Shown piece by piece: positions 1-13,199 of a stretch of 64,000 nt of DNA. Under the pieces are notes generated by a model that made no database searches, was not told where the DNA came from, and was given only the letters and a program-made list of their open reading frames with translations. The DNA lies in assembly GCF_009834535.1 (NCBI RefSeq), contig NC_045698.1:8558001-8622000 (forward strand). Reading direction: 5' to 3'. This stretch comes from Camelus ferus (lineage: Eukaryota). A program made the position numbers and the translations under genes. Numbering within the stretch: the first letter of the stretch is position 1; each line of letters begins with the position of its first letter.

Positions 1-752
1 AGCATTTTGACACAATAGCTTCGGCCAAGAGAAAGCCTGGTCATTCTCATTTAAAACTGGATATAATATTTACAGCCTGAAAATCAAGCAGTAGACACTT
101 TACAATATTTATAACTCATAACATACATTTTGTCATTCTCTTCTCATACTTTCACAGCTTCCAGAAAAGACTGCTGTTGGCTCGTAGTAACACTAATTAC
201 CTAACGGGGAGGTGCAGACCGTGTTTCCTGACTGTTCCTCCTGAGGGTGTCCTCCGCAACTGCCAGTCCTCAAAGAAAGAAGGTATTTGAGAAGCTAATT
301 TCCTACAGGAATAATATATGGTTTGGACACTTTCGGGGGTGTTCTTCCATAATTGCCTTTTACAATGTTATCTTCCAAAACGAACACCTTCTTCTGTTGA
401 CGTTGCTCCCTGAGTTAAACAGCACACTGGCAAAATGTCTTGCTGGCTGGTAGGTACCAGTAAGCATGGCGCTTTTGTGTTAGTTTATGCAGTGGTTTCG
501 ATTCTGAGCCAACACTGAACAAACGGGATAATAAGCAAAATCTTACTCACGTAGGGTGAGTAACAGTGATAGCTGCATGTACTAAGTACAAAGCATCAAG
601 CTGATGATACAGTTGCTTTTGGTTCTCTTTCAACTCTCACATCTGCTTTTGGCCCCGTGTTTAATAACAAAATCTACGATTTCGCTCAGTTGTGAATGAC
701 CTAATTTGAGTAGGCACAGAGATGTGTGAAGTCAGCACTGGCTTTCTCTTAC

Positions 753-813
753 CTATGATAATTCAGCAATTATCGTTTCCATCTTTTGCAATGCTGCTGG
801 GGGAACACGGTAT
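753..813 (-). other. Candidate 61-nt spliced exon of an unidentified minus-strand transcript
   Basis: Minus strand reads ...ctcattttaaatgctgttag|ATACCGTGTTCC...GAATTATCATAG|gtaagag (AG acceptor, strong GTAAG donor). One frame gives YRVPPAALQKMETIIAELS with the stop at the last exon bases; the other two frames stop internally. Protein not recognised. Confidence 0.3.
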
Positions 814-2002
814 CTAACAGCATTTAAAATGAGAACGGCTAGAACATTCCAGGTATATAATTGGGAAATCTCCATAGGCAGCAATTGTTTTTTTGTGTGT
901 GTGGCTTTCTTTTTTTTTTTCACTTTTTTGGGTTTTGTATCTGCTTATATACCCTTGGCAATACTGTGTTATTTAAAATTGGAACTTTTATTTGAAGTGC
1001 CTAAGCATAAAGCTAGCACTTTTCATTTGTCAAAGCTAAAAGTAATCCGATGATATCAAACCACTAAACTATCAGTTGAGCACAGTGATCAAAATGACAA
1101 AATACATTTTATAGCCAATTCTGAAACACTAAACAATTCCATGATTAATCACAGAATATTTGGAAAACATAAGAATGGCACAAAAAGGAAAATAATCTTG
1201 ACACTGAAGAGATGTTAATGTGTTAATGTTTCGATATGCTTTTTCCAGACTCATCTCTAAGCCCACATGTGTCTGATATTGGAATCATATTATATAAAGA
1301 GCTTTATTTGTTTGCTGAACTGCATGTACTTTACAAGGTTGGATACAGGCCAAATACAATTTTAATAGTACATAGTAGTCCACTATATGGCTCTACCTAA
1401 TTTATTTAATAATTCCCTACTATTAGCTATTTGAAAAGTTTTACTTTTTATTATTAATTGCATTATAATGAACATTATTTTATCAAATATGTATTCATTC
1501 AACTAACACTCTTTAAGCCCTTTGTACAGTTACATAATAAAATCAGTCTTTGCTCTCAAAAACTTATAGTCTAGTGATCTAGATTTTTCCTGAAACACCA
1601 AATAACAGGGACCCTGACCTTAAAAAAAGGAAGAGAGTATCTACATGTATAGAAGGTTTATTAAGAAAGAGTGAGTTCATGTAAGGCTTTTAACCAAATT
1701 AAGAAATTTCAACATTCACAGGAAGAGGAACCATGGAGAAATTAACTTTGTGTTTTGAAAGATTATTTTGGCTCCAATGGGGAAAATGGGACTAAAGTGG
1801 ACAAAACTGAGAATGGGCTGCCGCCATCATCCAATTATGACTGGATGATATAAATTAGGAGGACATCCCAGGACTCACAAAATTTTATACCATTCCTCCT
1901 AGAATTCAGTGCTTTATTGCCAGTGTCCACACGCCCCTATATCTAGTCCTGCTGTACTGATACGATTTTTACTTTTTTCACTCATTTCTTTTTGCTCTAA
2001 CT

Positions 2003-2270
2003 GAAAGAAAGAAAGAAAGGAAGGAACGAAGGAAGAAAGGAAAGAAGGAAGGAAGGAAAAGAAAAGAAAAAGAAAGAAAGAGAAAAAAGAAAAAAAAAGA
2101 AGAAAGAAAGGAAGGAAGAAAGGAAGAAAGAAGAAGGACAAGGAGCACCTGATTAAAGGAAAAGGGGAAAAAAAAGAAGTACAGAAGAAAGACAGAAACA
2201 TAAAGAAGAACAGACGAAGAACAGGCCAGAAGAGAAAGAAGAAGAAAGAAGAAAAGAGAAAAGAAAAAGA
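2003..2270 (+). repeat. Long purine-rich low-complexity tract, (GAAA)n/(GGAA)n/(GAA)n mosaic
   Basis: About 270 bp almost entirely A/G (gaaagaaagaaagaaaggaaggaacgaaggaagaaagg...). Explains the F/S/L-rich ORF 1914..2201. Confidence 0.95.
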
Positions 2271-2424
2271 GATCTCACTGTTTTAACTGCTGGTCTTTAT
2301 TCTGAGGATCATATGAGTTCTCCAGTGTCGAGTAAGATTTGCAAAGACTCTAATTCAGGGATTTCCAGGGACTTCTTGATGCAATTTTACGCAGAAGCCA
2401 TGGTTTCTTTTAGAAAATACATTA

Positions 2425-5072
2425 TGCATTAAAACAATAAGGTGCCACTATACATATATTAGAATGGCTAAAAAGAACTATAATAAACCCGACTACTAAT
2501 TACTGCAAAGGATTCAGAACAACTCAACTCTCATTCATTGCTGACGGGAACGTACTACAGGACAGGCACCTGGGAGGACAATCTGGCAGCTAAATAGAGT
2601 CTTCCTATACTATCGAGCAATTAACATTCCCCGGTATTTACCCAGCTTTCACCACTTTATATACATTAGATATATACATAAATAGATATGCGTATCACAG
2701 TATTATATATTGATTAAATCTAATAAATCTGGAGGGAATGTGAATGTTTGCAGTAGCTTTATTCATTATCAAAACTGGAAGCAACCAAGATTTCCTTCAG
2801 CAGGTGAATGGATAAGCTGCAGTAAACTCACAGAATAAAATATTATTCAGCAATGAAAAGAAATGAGCTATCATGCCATGAAAAGACTTGGGTGAATCTT
2901 CAATGCCAATTGTTAAGTGAAAGGAGGGAGTCTGAAAAGGCTACACACTGTATGATTCTAAATATAGGATATTCAGGAAAAGCAAAACTACAGGGGTGGT
3001 AAAAAGACCAGTGGTTGCCAGGGACTCAGAGGGAGGGAAGAAAGGGCTGAAGAGTGAGGCACAGGGGATATTTTAGGGCAGTGAAACTATTCTGTACGAA
3101 ACTGTAATGGTGGATACACGACACTATGCATTTTCCAAAATCCACTGAACTTTACAGGACAAGTGTGAAGCTTATTAATCTATGTAAATCTTAAAAATCA
3201 CATAGGAGATCAGGGAATCTGAGGGTGGAATGCAGAATGTGACAGAACAATCTAATTGCATTACCAGCACATGAAATGACCTCACTGAGCGGGATGGATA
3301 AAGAGATGTGACCTCAGGAACTTTAGAAAGGAGGAGTCTGCTGGACTGAAGGGGAAGTGAACTGTTCTTAAGCACTGTCCTCTAGTCGGTGCTGTTTCCC
3401 ATGAGGGTACCGGTTAGCAATTCTGCTGCTATATGTATAAACTGTATGGCAGAAGGTTTGAACCAGGTTCCTCATATTTAGAGTGGGAAGTTCCATATAA
3501 GCAAGCAGAGAAGGTTAGAATGATTCTCGTGGTAAGGGAACAGAGTCGGAGACATGAAGTGAACTCATGGATAGCTTCCTACAGATACAGACTGTTTCAC
3601 ACAGGGACGCTGATGTGTGACTACACTCAGTACGTATTTCATTGGTGTGTCAGCTGAGAGGGTCCAAAAACAAGGACCCCCCCTCCAGGAACAATGAGCA
3701 CACCAGCTGCTCCTGGTTTCTAACACAGCTCTCCAATAAAAGGAACCAGGGATCCTTGGAGACACAGCTCATTCTAGAATTACAACAGGGAAAATACAAG
3801 ATGAGCTTGGAGCATCCTGTGGTGCCAGAAAGTAAGGAATTGCTTAAAAAAAAAAAAAAAAGGGAATATGTCAAAGGGATGCAGGAACACCTTTGATCAA
3901 AGCTGGAACAATCTGAGCAACAAAATAAAGCAATACGGGATTATAACCCAAAGTATAAAATAAACATCCACGTGTCCATACTAATATAAATAAGGATTGA
4001 ATGAATAAATAAGTAAACGAGGGATAAAAGGGAAATCTCCCATTCAAAAGAATTCCAAATAATTCACAGACACACCAGCTTCAAAAAAGGTTGAGCATAA
4101 CTCCCCTTCCTTGAGTGTGGGCTGCCCAGTGACTGGCAGGGGACAGACAGGGGAAAAGGGTTACTTTACACTGGAGAAATCTGACAGACACTACCTCAGC
4201 CAGGCCATCAGGTCAACACCACCAAGGGGAAACTGCATTAACATGTACACGAAGGCTAGTCTACGGATGAGATAAATATCAGACAATTTCAGTAGGGGTC
4301 ACCCTATGGTACACCTGACCAGCACTCTTCAAAACTGTCAACATCGACAAAAACAAGACAAGTCTTTAAGCCACTTAGAGTTTATTTTTGTGATATCATT
4401 CATATGTGGAATCTAAAAGAAAGAAAGCAAAAAAAGGACACTATGAATTCATCGACAAAACAGAAAAAGACTTGCAGACATAGTAAACAATCTTATGGTT
4501 ACCAGGGAAAGGAGGCGGGAAGGGAGAAATTTGGGAGTTTGAGATTTACAAATGTTAGCCACTATACAGAAAAATAGATTTAAAAAAAAAAAAACAAGTT
4601 TCTTCTGTATAACACAGGGAACTATATTCAATATCTTATAATAATCTTTAATGAAAAAGAATATGAAAACAAATACATGTATGTATATGCATGACTGGGA
4701 CAATGTGCTGTATACCAGAAACTGATACATTGTAACTGACTATACTTCAATTAAAAAAAAAAAAACTTATAGGAGGAAACCAAAAAAAAAAGACAAGTCT
4801 GAGAAACATCCACAGGCAAGAGGAGTCTAAATGGTACCCTGGATGGGACGTTGGAGTAGAAGAAAGGCACTAGGTAAAACCTAAGAAAATGTGAATAAAG
4901 CACAGACTTCAGTTATTAATAATATATCAACAGTGACTCTTCCGTTGTACTAAATATGCCATATTAAAGTAAGAAATGTGTAGTGGGGGAGCTGGTTGTT
5001 GGACACACTGCAACTCTTTGTATTATCTATAGAAATGAAACTGTTCTAAATTTTTTAGTGTATTTCAAAAAA
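2425..5072 (+). mobile_element. Old LINE-1 3' portion (ORF2 end plus long 3'UTR, L1MD-like), interrupted at 4366-4800 by a younger L1
   Basis: Degenerate ORF2 C-terminal motifs (gctttattcat...aaaactggaagcaacc...gtgaatggata) and L1MD-like 3'UTR (aaaaggaaccagggatccttggag...aagatgagcttggagcatcctgtggtgccagaaagtaagg). Sequence resumes after 4800 (gagaaacatccacagg...). Confidence 0.85.
4355..4800 (+). mobile_element. Camelid L1 3'UTR insertion with 5' inverted ORF2 fragment, double poly(A) and 11-bp TSD
   Basis: TSD aagacaagtct at 4355-4365 and 4790-4800; inverted ORF2 piece 4366-4392; sense 3'UTR 4393-4752; A13 at 4753-4765; 16-nt tag 4766-4781; second A-run. Confidence 0.9.
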
Positions 5073-5279
5073 TGCATTACATTTCTAACAATTTACAGCA
5101 AATAAAAGCAACAGGAATTGATAACCAGAGTCTACATTAGACTCTTAATACAGAACGAACACCAAAAGGAATTTTAAAGGAGTAAAGATATCTTAATATC
5201 TAATCAGTATTTCACAAGGTAGAACATTATTCAGTCCAAATTTGGTTGACAGTGTTTTATCACTCCTGTTTACTCACTG

Positions 5280-5470
5280 CCAGTGTTCACTTCCTCAGTC
5301 TCCCATCTACTAGTGACATGTCTTGGGTAAGTTCTTCACACTCTGGGTTTGGCTTACCTCATCTCTAACACGGAGAGTGTAAAAGCACTTAACCTTCATG
5401 TGGTGCTGGGGAAATAATGTATGCAAACCACTTAAGAGGATACTTACCATAACCAACAAGTATTAGTTAT
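5280..5470 (+). mobile_element. MIR SINE fragment
   Basis: Degenerate MIR core (tcttgggtaagttcttcacactctgggtttggcttacctcatctctaacacggag...taatgtatgcaaaccactta). Confidence 0.65.
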
Positions 5471-5968
5471 CATGACGATGTTTATTATCGTGAAGAAGTT
5501 ATCATTATAAATGATCAGTAATTACTCTATAATTCCATTTTTATTAAGTCATCTGTACATGGGGGGGTGGGGGGCATTGCTAGGATACACCCCACACTGC
5601 TAGTAGCAATCACCTTTGAGTGGACGGATCACAGGTGACTTTAGTTTTTTTTATGCTCTTCCATATTTCTCCAACTGCTCGTGAATATGCATAAACTTGT
5701 AATGAAAATATTTAAAATTCTGAATCAATTTGATACATTAGGCCCATGCTCCTATCGCCTCTTTTTAAATGTTGTATTATTAAAATAATACATGCACATA
5801 CTTAAGTAGTTCAGGGAGGTTGATACTGAAAAGTGACTCTCCTTTCTCATCTTCCGCCACATTCATTTCCTTAGTTAGTGCTGGTGGCTTTGGCATTTTC
5901 CTATTTGTGCTTCTCCTCCTGGTCACTCCCACATCTCTAAATGACATATCAAGAATGCCTGTCATATT

Positions 5969-6883
5969 CTAAACAAGCAATTCTCCAAGGAAGACATACA
6001 AATGATCAAAAGGCACAGGAAAAAATGCTCAATATCACTAATTATCAGAGAAATGCAAATCAAAACTACGATGAGGTATCACCTCACACCAGTCAGAATA
6101 GCCATCATTCAAAAATCCACAAATGACAAGAGCTGGAGAGGCTGTGGAGAAAGGGGAACCCCACTGGTGGGAATGCAGTTTGGTGCAGCCACTGTGGAAA
6201 ACAGTATGGAGATTCCTCAAAAGACTAGGAAAAGACTTACCATATGACCCGGGAATCCCACTCCTGGGCTTATATTCAGAAGGAACCCTACTTCAGGATG
6301 ACACCTGCACCCCAATGTTCATAGCAGCACTATTTACAATAGCCAAGACGTGGAAACAGCCTATATGTCCATCAACGGATGACTAGATAAAGAAGATGTG
6401 GTATATTTATACAATGGAATACTACTTAGCCATAAAAACCAACAACATAACGCCATTTGCAGCAACATGAATGCTCCTGGAGAATGTCATTCTAAGTGAA
6501 GTAAGCCAGAAAGAGAAAGAAAAATACCATATGAGATCGCTCATATGTGGAATCTAAAAAACAAAAACAAAAACAAACAAACAAAAAAGCATAAATACAA
6601 AACAGAAATAGACTCATAGACATAGAATACAAACTTGTGGTTGCCAAGGGCACAGAGGGTGGGAAGGGACAGACGGGATTTCAAAGTTGTAGAACAGATA
6701 AATGAGATTATACTGTAAAGCACAGTGTAATATACACAAGATCTTATGGTAGCGCACAGAGAAAAAAATGTGACAATGAATATATATATGTTCATGTATA
6801 ACTGAAAAATTGTGCTCTACACTGGAATTTGACACAACATTGTAAAATGATTATAAATCAAAAAAAATGTTTAAAAAAAAAAA
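5969..6883 (+). mobile_element. Young 5'-truncated camelid LINE-1 (ORF2 C-terminus, 3'UTR, poly(A)) with 18-bp TSD
   Basis: ORFs 6002..6247 and 6123..6386 give L1 ORF2 C-terminal peptides ([45 protein letters not shown]...[19 protein letters not shown]), with frameshift and stops. Perfect TSD aagaatgcctgtcatatt at 5951-5968 and 6884-6901. Confidence 0.97.
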
Positions 6884-7812
6884 AAGAATGCCTGTCATAT
6901 TGAATTAGGCATTGGCTTTGACTTCCTACTTTAACAAATGAGAATTTAGCTCATTGAAACGATCCCTATTATTGTCTGCGTCCCAATTTTTGGTGCTTAG
7001 AACTTTATGACCCTGTATTGGTTAGGTTTTTTTTAATGTACAGAATATTCATAAGCCTCTATTTCTGCTTCCATCAATGTTCCCCAGTATTACTTCAGCA
7101 GTTAGGTACCAAGGTCACCAAAGCCAGAGGAATGAGGGCATATGACATACAGTACAGAGCTGTGATCTACATGGCAGAATTTATGAGAAATTCAGGAAAA
7201 CAGACTTAATTTCTAATATTAATTTCAAACTGTTCACTGTGTGATTGTTATAGATTTGAATGTGCAAAGCCAACAATATAACACATTTGTATATTTCCTC
7301 TCTGTACTTTGTCTGCAATTTGCACACCCAGAGACCTATGAATGGAGGCATCTGCATGTTCCATAGGCTTACTTAAACAAAAGGAAATGCATGCCACGGT
7401 TTTTCTACCAAATATATAAAAGCAGCCATTATTATTAGAACTGCTAAGCCTATACATTAACCGGTATTATTCATGACTGTGTTTGAGAAAGTTATGTGCT
7501 GTTTTCTATGGTGGTCCTCACCCTTATTTCTTATTTTGGTACAAAGGGAAAACAGGAGCTGTTCTACCAGTAATAGTGCCTCCTTACAATGGAAATTCTC
7601 ATAAGATGCAGGATACCAGGATGTATCAGAATTTGGATGGGATGGCATGAGCACTGTAGTTTGAAAATAAGTACCACTTTTCTGTCCAAAAAGGTTCTAG
7701 AAGCATATGGCCACTCTCTTCCCTCTCCTCTGCTCCACTACACCACATTAAACATCACAGATTTAAAACATATCGTGCAGACTCACAGTCATTGGAGCTT
7801 AACTAAACGCAC

Positions 7813-7985
7813 TTCATTCACTGATTGCCAAATATTTCATGAACACCCACCACCTGGCAGGCCACGTGCGGGGAGCTGAGAACCCCTCCCCCAACAACAC
7901 AGAGCCCACGACCATCAGAGCTTACAGTCCAGAGAGGGGTACAGGGATCTAAACAAGCAATAACGATGCAGTGCAATAAGTGCTA
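7813..7985 (-). mobile_element. L2 LINE 3' fragment
   Basis: ttcattcactgattgccaaatatttcatgaacacccac...agagcttacagtccagagag...aaacaagcaataacgatgcagtgcaataagtgct resembles the reverse complement of the L2 3' end. Confidence 0.65.
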
Positions 7986-10900
7986 AGCTCAATCATTACT
8001 TAAACTAACCCTGCCTTTCACGGGGAATTCTTTAATTTAGACTCAGATCCTCCTGGGGCTTTTCTGTAGCTCTGGGCCTTCGAGCAGTTTCATGCCAACT
8101 GTTTTGTGGTGCTTTTCATAGCTGCCAGAAGTTGACTTCTGTTACAACTAGACAGTTTATATTTTAATATTTTTTTTTCCTTCTAATTGGTCTGTTCACC
8201 ACCTTAGATTCACTGGCACCCAGTTCTTTCATCTACTACAGGCAGTGATGCTACGGAAATGTACACATCACTGTCATTCACCACAGAGTGAGCCATGTGC
8301 ACCAAGGTTCCTGCATCTTCCTGGACTCAGCCACCCTTCTCTACCCGGATCATGACTCCATTCACTTCTTAGAAAACACAATTATTAATCTTCATCTTTT
8401 TCAGGCTCCTCAGTTGCTTATCTGAATCTTTGGAATCACAAGTGTTTCCATACTCAAATTTTTTTGGATTTAGAAAGATGCATCTACTGTTTTTAGGTAA
8501 CATTCCCAGCAGGGTCTGGGACAATGCAACCAAATATGTTGCTATTTCTGAGACAAAAATATGAGTATCCGCATCAAGTGGGATAAACCATGACTGCATG
8601 TAACTGTGCACTGTCCGGGTTACACGTTGCCCCAGTAGCTTTTCCACGAACACAGGAAAGACTTCTTGGTTTTCTGAGCCTTTTGTGTCTCTAAATCGCA
8701 GGTAAGGCATTGAACACTTGCACTGGCCACACTAGCTGGCCCTTGAACAATCATCCACATGTGTCAAACCTGACACCAAGATTTCTTTAAAATAATTTTA
8801 TCTTCCTTTAGTTATTCATTCTAATCCATCAGAACAAGGTTTAAAACTATTGCAGCAGAAAGGATCTGCACTGAAATACAGAGCACATTTCAGTCTCAAG
8901 ATTCATGTGACCAGAAGCTCAGTGGTTACACATAAATTTCACTGTATGCATTATTACAAGAGATTCTGGAAGTGGAAATGAGAGTATTGACAATGACCAA
9001 CAACACATCCAAGGCGATACTAATGAAATTAACTTAGGCCACTAATGGTACAAATCCAATAAGAGGGGAAGACTGCTAGAATTATCAACCGTGAGGCTGC
9101 TGGGGGCTACTTGAATCTGCAGGTACAATAGAAGGGGGAGTTCCCAGAACTGACCTCCCTGGGAATGATGCAGGCAGAGCACTGAGCTAAATTCTAAACA
9201 TTGACACAAAACATGAAAGCACAAACCTTTCTGTGATAAGGATGGAGAATCTGGATGTTTTCCTAATCAGGTTTTCGACTATGGCAGCCTTACTTTAAGC
9301 CTCTCAGTACAACTGAATTCTAAATGGGCTATCCGTTTATTCCAGCATTCCATGTAATGACACCACTTTCAAAGTGATATAAAGCCGTGCATAACCCAAG
9401 AGAACACAAAAGATGAATTCTGAGAGTTTTCACGCTTCAAATTCACAAAGTATATTGTGTCACAATAAATTGGCAGGATTTGAAGTTACTCACCTTTTCT
9501 TAGACCATATACTGAGAAGGTTATTTAAAAAACCAAGGAATATGCATGTATTACCTAACTCTGAATTTATTCGCCTCGACTGGATACCTTTAAAGCAGGA
9601 ATCGAGCAAATGGTAAAGAAAGAGGGAGTCCTGGAAGAAAGTCATGTGTGTGGCCGGGAAAGGAATAACTGAGTCAGAGCAGACTCACAGGTCTCCCAAG
9701 TCAAGTGGTACTTCCTCAGCACCATCAAATGCTGATTATCACCAGCTGTACGCAGAAACAAGGTACACCAAGATACAGGACTGGGCCACAGCTCGCAGAA
9801 GGGTCTCAATTTAGCTGGGGGAAACCAAAAGAAAACAAAAACAAAAAAACTGTGAAGAACAATTAATGGTGTCTTCCGTCAAACGCATGGTGCAATCAAT
9901 AACAGTTAAATGATGCACGGTATGAGGGGAGTCGCTGGTACCCTACCGTGAAGAGTCATCGTCTGAAGAGGGAGGACTTGTACCAATTCTCAGTGGAAGA
10001 GCAGAACTTAAGAAACTGTATCAGCAATAATTGCTGGCATTACGACCCAGTAAATGCAGCAAAGAAAATGTCAGTCTCAAAAGCATGGAACCTGACAGAA
10101 CTCTACCTTTCAAACACTGAGAAAATCATGTGCCCAGAAAAACTTGGTGCCCTAAATATAAGAACTGAATTTAAGGCCACATGGACCCAACTTGAAATCC
10201 ATATTCTTGAATATACGAAATATTTTGCATATAACATGCTATGCGTCACATAGAAAATCCGTATCTGGCATCCAGCACAGTGATTTTAAATGGTGTTAAG
10301 TACATTTCCCAGGCATTTGTGAAAGTTGCCATCTGAGCTATTATGGTAATTTCAGTTAAACTGCTAAGATTATGACACAAGCTTAAAAAGCAATTAACAA
10401 TAACCATGACACTGATGATGAAAAAGAAGAAAGGCCTCCATTAAGGATGGTTGTAGAGTTTGGGATGATAATCATAATTTTTTAAAGGGTTTACTACAGC
10501 AAATTAATTTTTTAGTGTAATTTTGAAAAGCAAATCTGATAAATTATAAGAAATGCCAAACCACTGCCTGAAGCAACGTTTTGAAAATTAAATGTGCATT
10601 GCATTGAATGTTTAAATGTGGATTACTACTTTTAACAAATGCTGATTTGTAAATTAAAAATGAGCACATTTTCTACTTACTATAAAATATAAGTTGCAAT
10701 TACATCAATTGTGTTGTGCTAGAAAAATCATTAACGTGAAAAACAACCTTGTTTCTCAGGCTTATTATAAGGCATGATTGTAATTTAAAGAGCAAATTAC
10801 TAGGGTGTGTACGTGGGTGTATGTGTGTATACACGTATGCTACTGATTAAAATGAAAAGCAATGAACCTCTTCAGTCAGCTAATTAAGTATTGTCATACC

Positions 10901-11942
10901 ATTTTAGATGCGAGTTTAAAACCTCAGGGTAAATTAATCAACACCTGGAGTCAGTACTTAAGGACTTAGTTTTAAAGAAAGACATACTCGTGATGACACG
11001 CTGGTGAAAACGCTTCGCGTATCGGTATCCGTAAGGCTACACTTTATACGGATCATCTGAACTTTACTACAGTTTGTGTCATGAATTAGAAATGCTCGTT
11101 ATACTTTAAGCCATAAGAAACCATCTTGTAAGTTTTGTATTCAAAACACATTACTAGAAATATATAAGGATTTTTCATTCGGCCAACAAATACTTGGCGG
11201 AGTTCCTAGGAGCCAGGCACCCTGGGGGGCTGTAACGGGGATGCTGAGTCCGATGGAACTGAGGGCATCACACCGCCTCACGCCGCTTGCAGCTGAGCCA
11301 AAATCCGACCCTGGCCTTCCAATTCCAAATGCCCTGCTCTATCCAGAGCACAACACTGCTACTTAATTGAGAACTGGGTAGAGAGTGGTAACTACCGAGA
11401 AGGTGGTTGAGCACCGCCTTGGGAACGTACAACACCAGCTCCAGCTCTCAGCTTAATGGGCTGGTAAAACTGCCGACAGGCTTGGGCTGGTACTGCCGTC
11501 TTAACTGCCCTGATGAGTGCACACATGTAACACAACTGACAGACCCTAGATCAGATTTCTGTAAAAGACAACAGGAAATAAGATGAAGTACTAACACAAA
11601 TAAATCCAACAGGCTTTCAGTAGTTCTCTTTGGATAAGTCAAGATGGAGGGTGGCAAAAGTTTCCATTCTGTGCGTTGAAAAGCTAGAGCCAGCCAATTT
11701 CAGCAGGGTCCAACTGATGTCCTGGTTTTATATTCTGCATTGTTAAAAAGTGAATTAAGCTTCGGATCTGTTTTCACTTTGGCATTTAAAGATAAAGGGA
11801 GCAGCTACTGAGGATTTGCCCGCTTCAATAATGGGAGGATCTGATTAGGAAAGTCACATGATACTGGCTTCACTGTCAGGCTATAATTTAAGGCTTGGTA
11901 GCCCAGCCCCTTTCTAGACACCAGGTCTACAGATAAACTGTC

Positions 11943-12321
11943 TGCTACGGATTAAATGTCTCTGCTCTACCCTCTTCCCCTCCCTGCAAATTCACAGCTT
12001 GAAACCCCAGCCCCAATGTGGTTGTATTTGGAGAAAAGAAGTAATTAAGGTTAAATGAGGTCATAAGAATGGGACCCTGACTTGATGGGATGGGTGCCCT
12101 TGTAAGAAGTGATGCTCATGCACCCCCTTTCCCCCTCCTCCCCCATTCATCCCCCTCGTTCTCTCTCCCTACACACTGGGAAGAAAGCTCCTCATCAGTA
12201 AGTGAACTGACCAAAACCTCCATCTTGGACTTCTTGCCTCCAGAAACGTAACTAAATAAATCTCTGCTCTGTGAGCTACCCAGTCTCTGGTTATTTTGTT
12301 ATGGCAGCTGAAGCTAATACA
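11943..12321 (+). mobile_element. MaLR solo LTR (MLT1A-like)
   Basis: tgctacggattaaatgtc...aaccccagccccaatgtggttgtatttggag...taattaaggttaaatgaggtcataag...catcttggacttcttgcctccagaa...ttttgttatggcagc...taataca. Confidence 0.85.
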
Positions 12322-13199
12322 CTCTCCTTGGCTGAACAGAGGGAAGTTGGCAATGTCTTAGGTTAGGAACAGCATCAGACAGGGCATCCTGAGAAAGATA
12401 CGTGAGTGCATTTCAATTATCTTCTTTAAAAATTGTTATGAAAATGGCCAACCTCATAAACGTCGAGTGTTGCTGTGATGCAGTAAAAGGACACATGAAA
12501 TGGATTCATCAAGTACTTATTAAACACCTCCTAAGAGGAGCACTAGTCCACTCAATGTTGAAGAGTCCAAAATCCCTGTTCTCGTGGAACTTACCTTCTA
12601 GAGGAGAGAACTACACACCACACACAGGTGACTCAGTGCACTACAGACGGCCAGTGTGCAGGACAAACCAAGCAGAGAACCTAAGTGGGGACTGTGGGGT
12701 GAGATGCTGCTTTTTAAATGGAGCAGATCAAGGTGCTCGCGGAGAACACAATATCCGAATAAAAACAAGAAGGCACCTGAGGGGCAGGAACCAAGCTAAG
12801 GACATTAATTACAACATCATTACCATCATTCTGCGTCTGCAGTCCTTGCTATTCTAGTCCTATGTTTATTCCTGGGTTATATTAGTTTTTGTTTTTGTTT
12901 TTGTTTTTTAAATTCTGTGAAAACCATACTCTGGTTAAGAGGTCATTTTAGAAGCAGGTTCAGATCCCTTCGGGCCTTTTATAACTACAAGCCTCGAAAC
13001 GATCCTGAGGCTGACATGACATGGCCCCTATCTTATCCTTCCAGCTTCTTATTTCACATTCTTCCCAAGAGCAGACACTACAGACTCTTCCTGGCATTTC
13101 TTTCTTTCCTAGACCATTTTTCAGTGGTCATGGTTTCTGCTTTGAATTGACTTGATCAGCACACTGTGACAAAATGTGGGGCAGTGGGAGGTCAGTATC

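Noticed and set aside
1914..2201. Hydrophobic 95-aa 'membrane protein' ORF
   Set aside because: Translation of the (TTTC)n complement of the polypurine tract.
6002..6386. ORFs with clear protein homology (also 20549..20737, 32230..32568, 32697..32978)
   Set aside because: Fragments of L1 ORF2 in truncated, frameshifted copies; not host genes or active elements.
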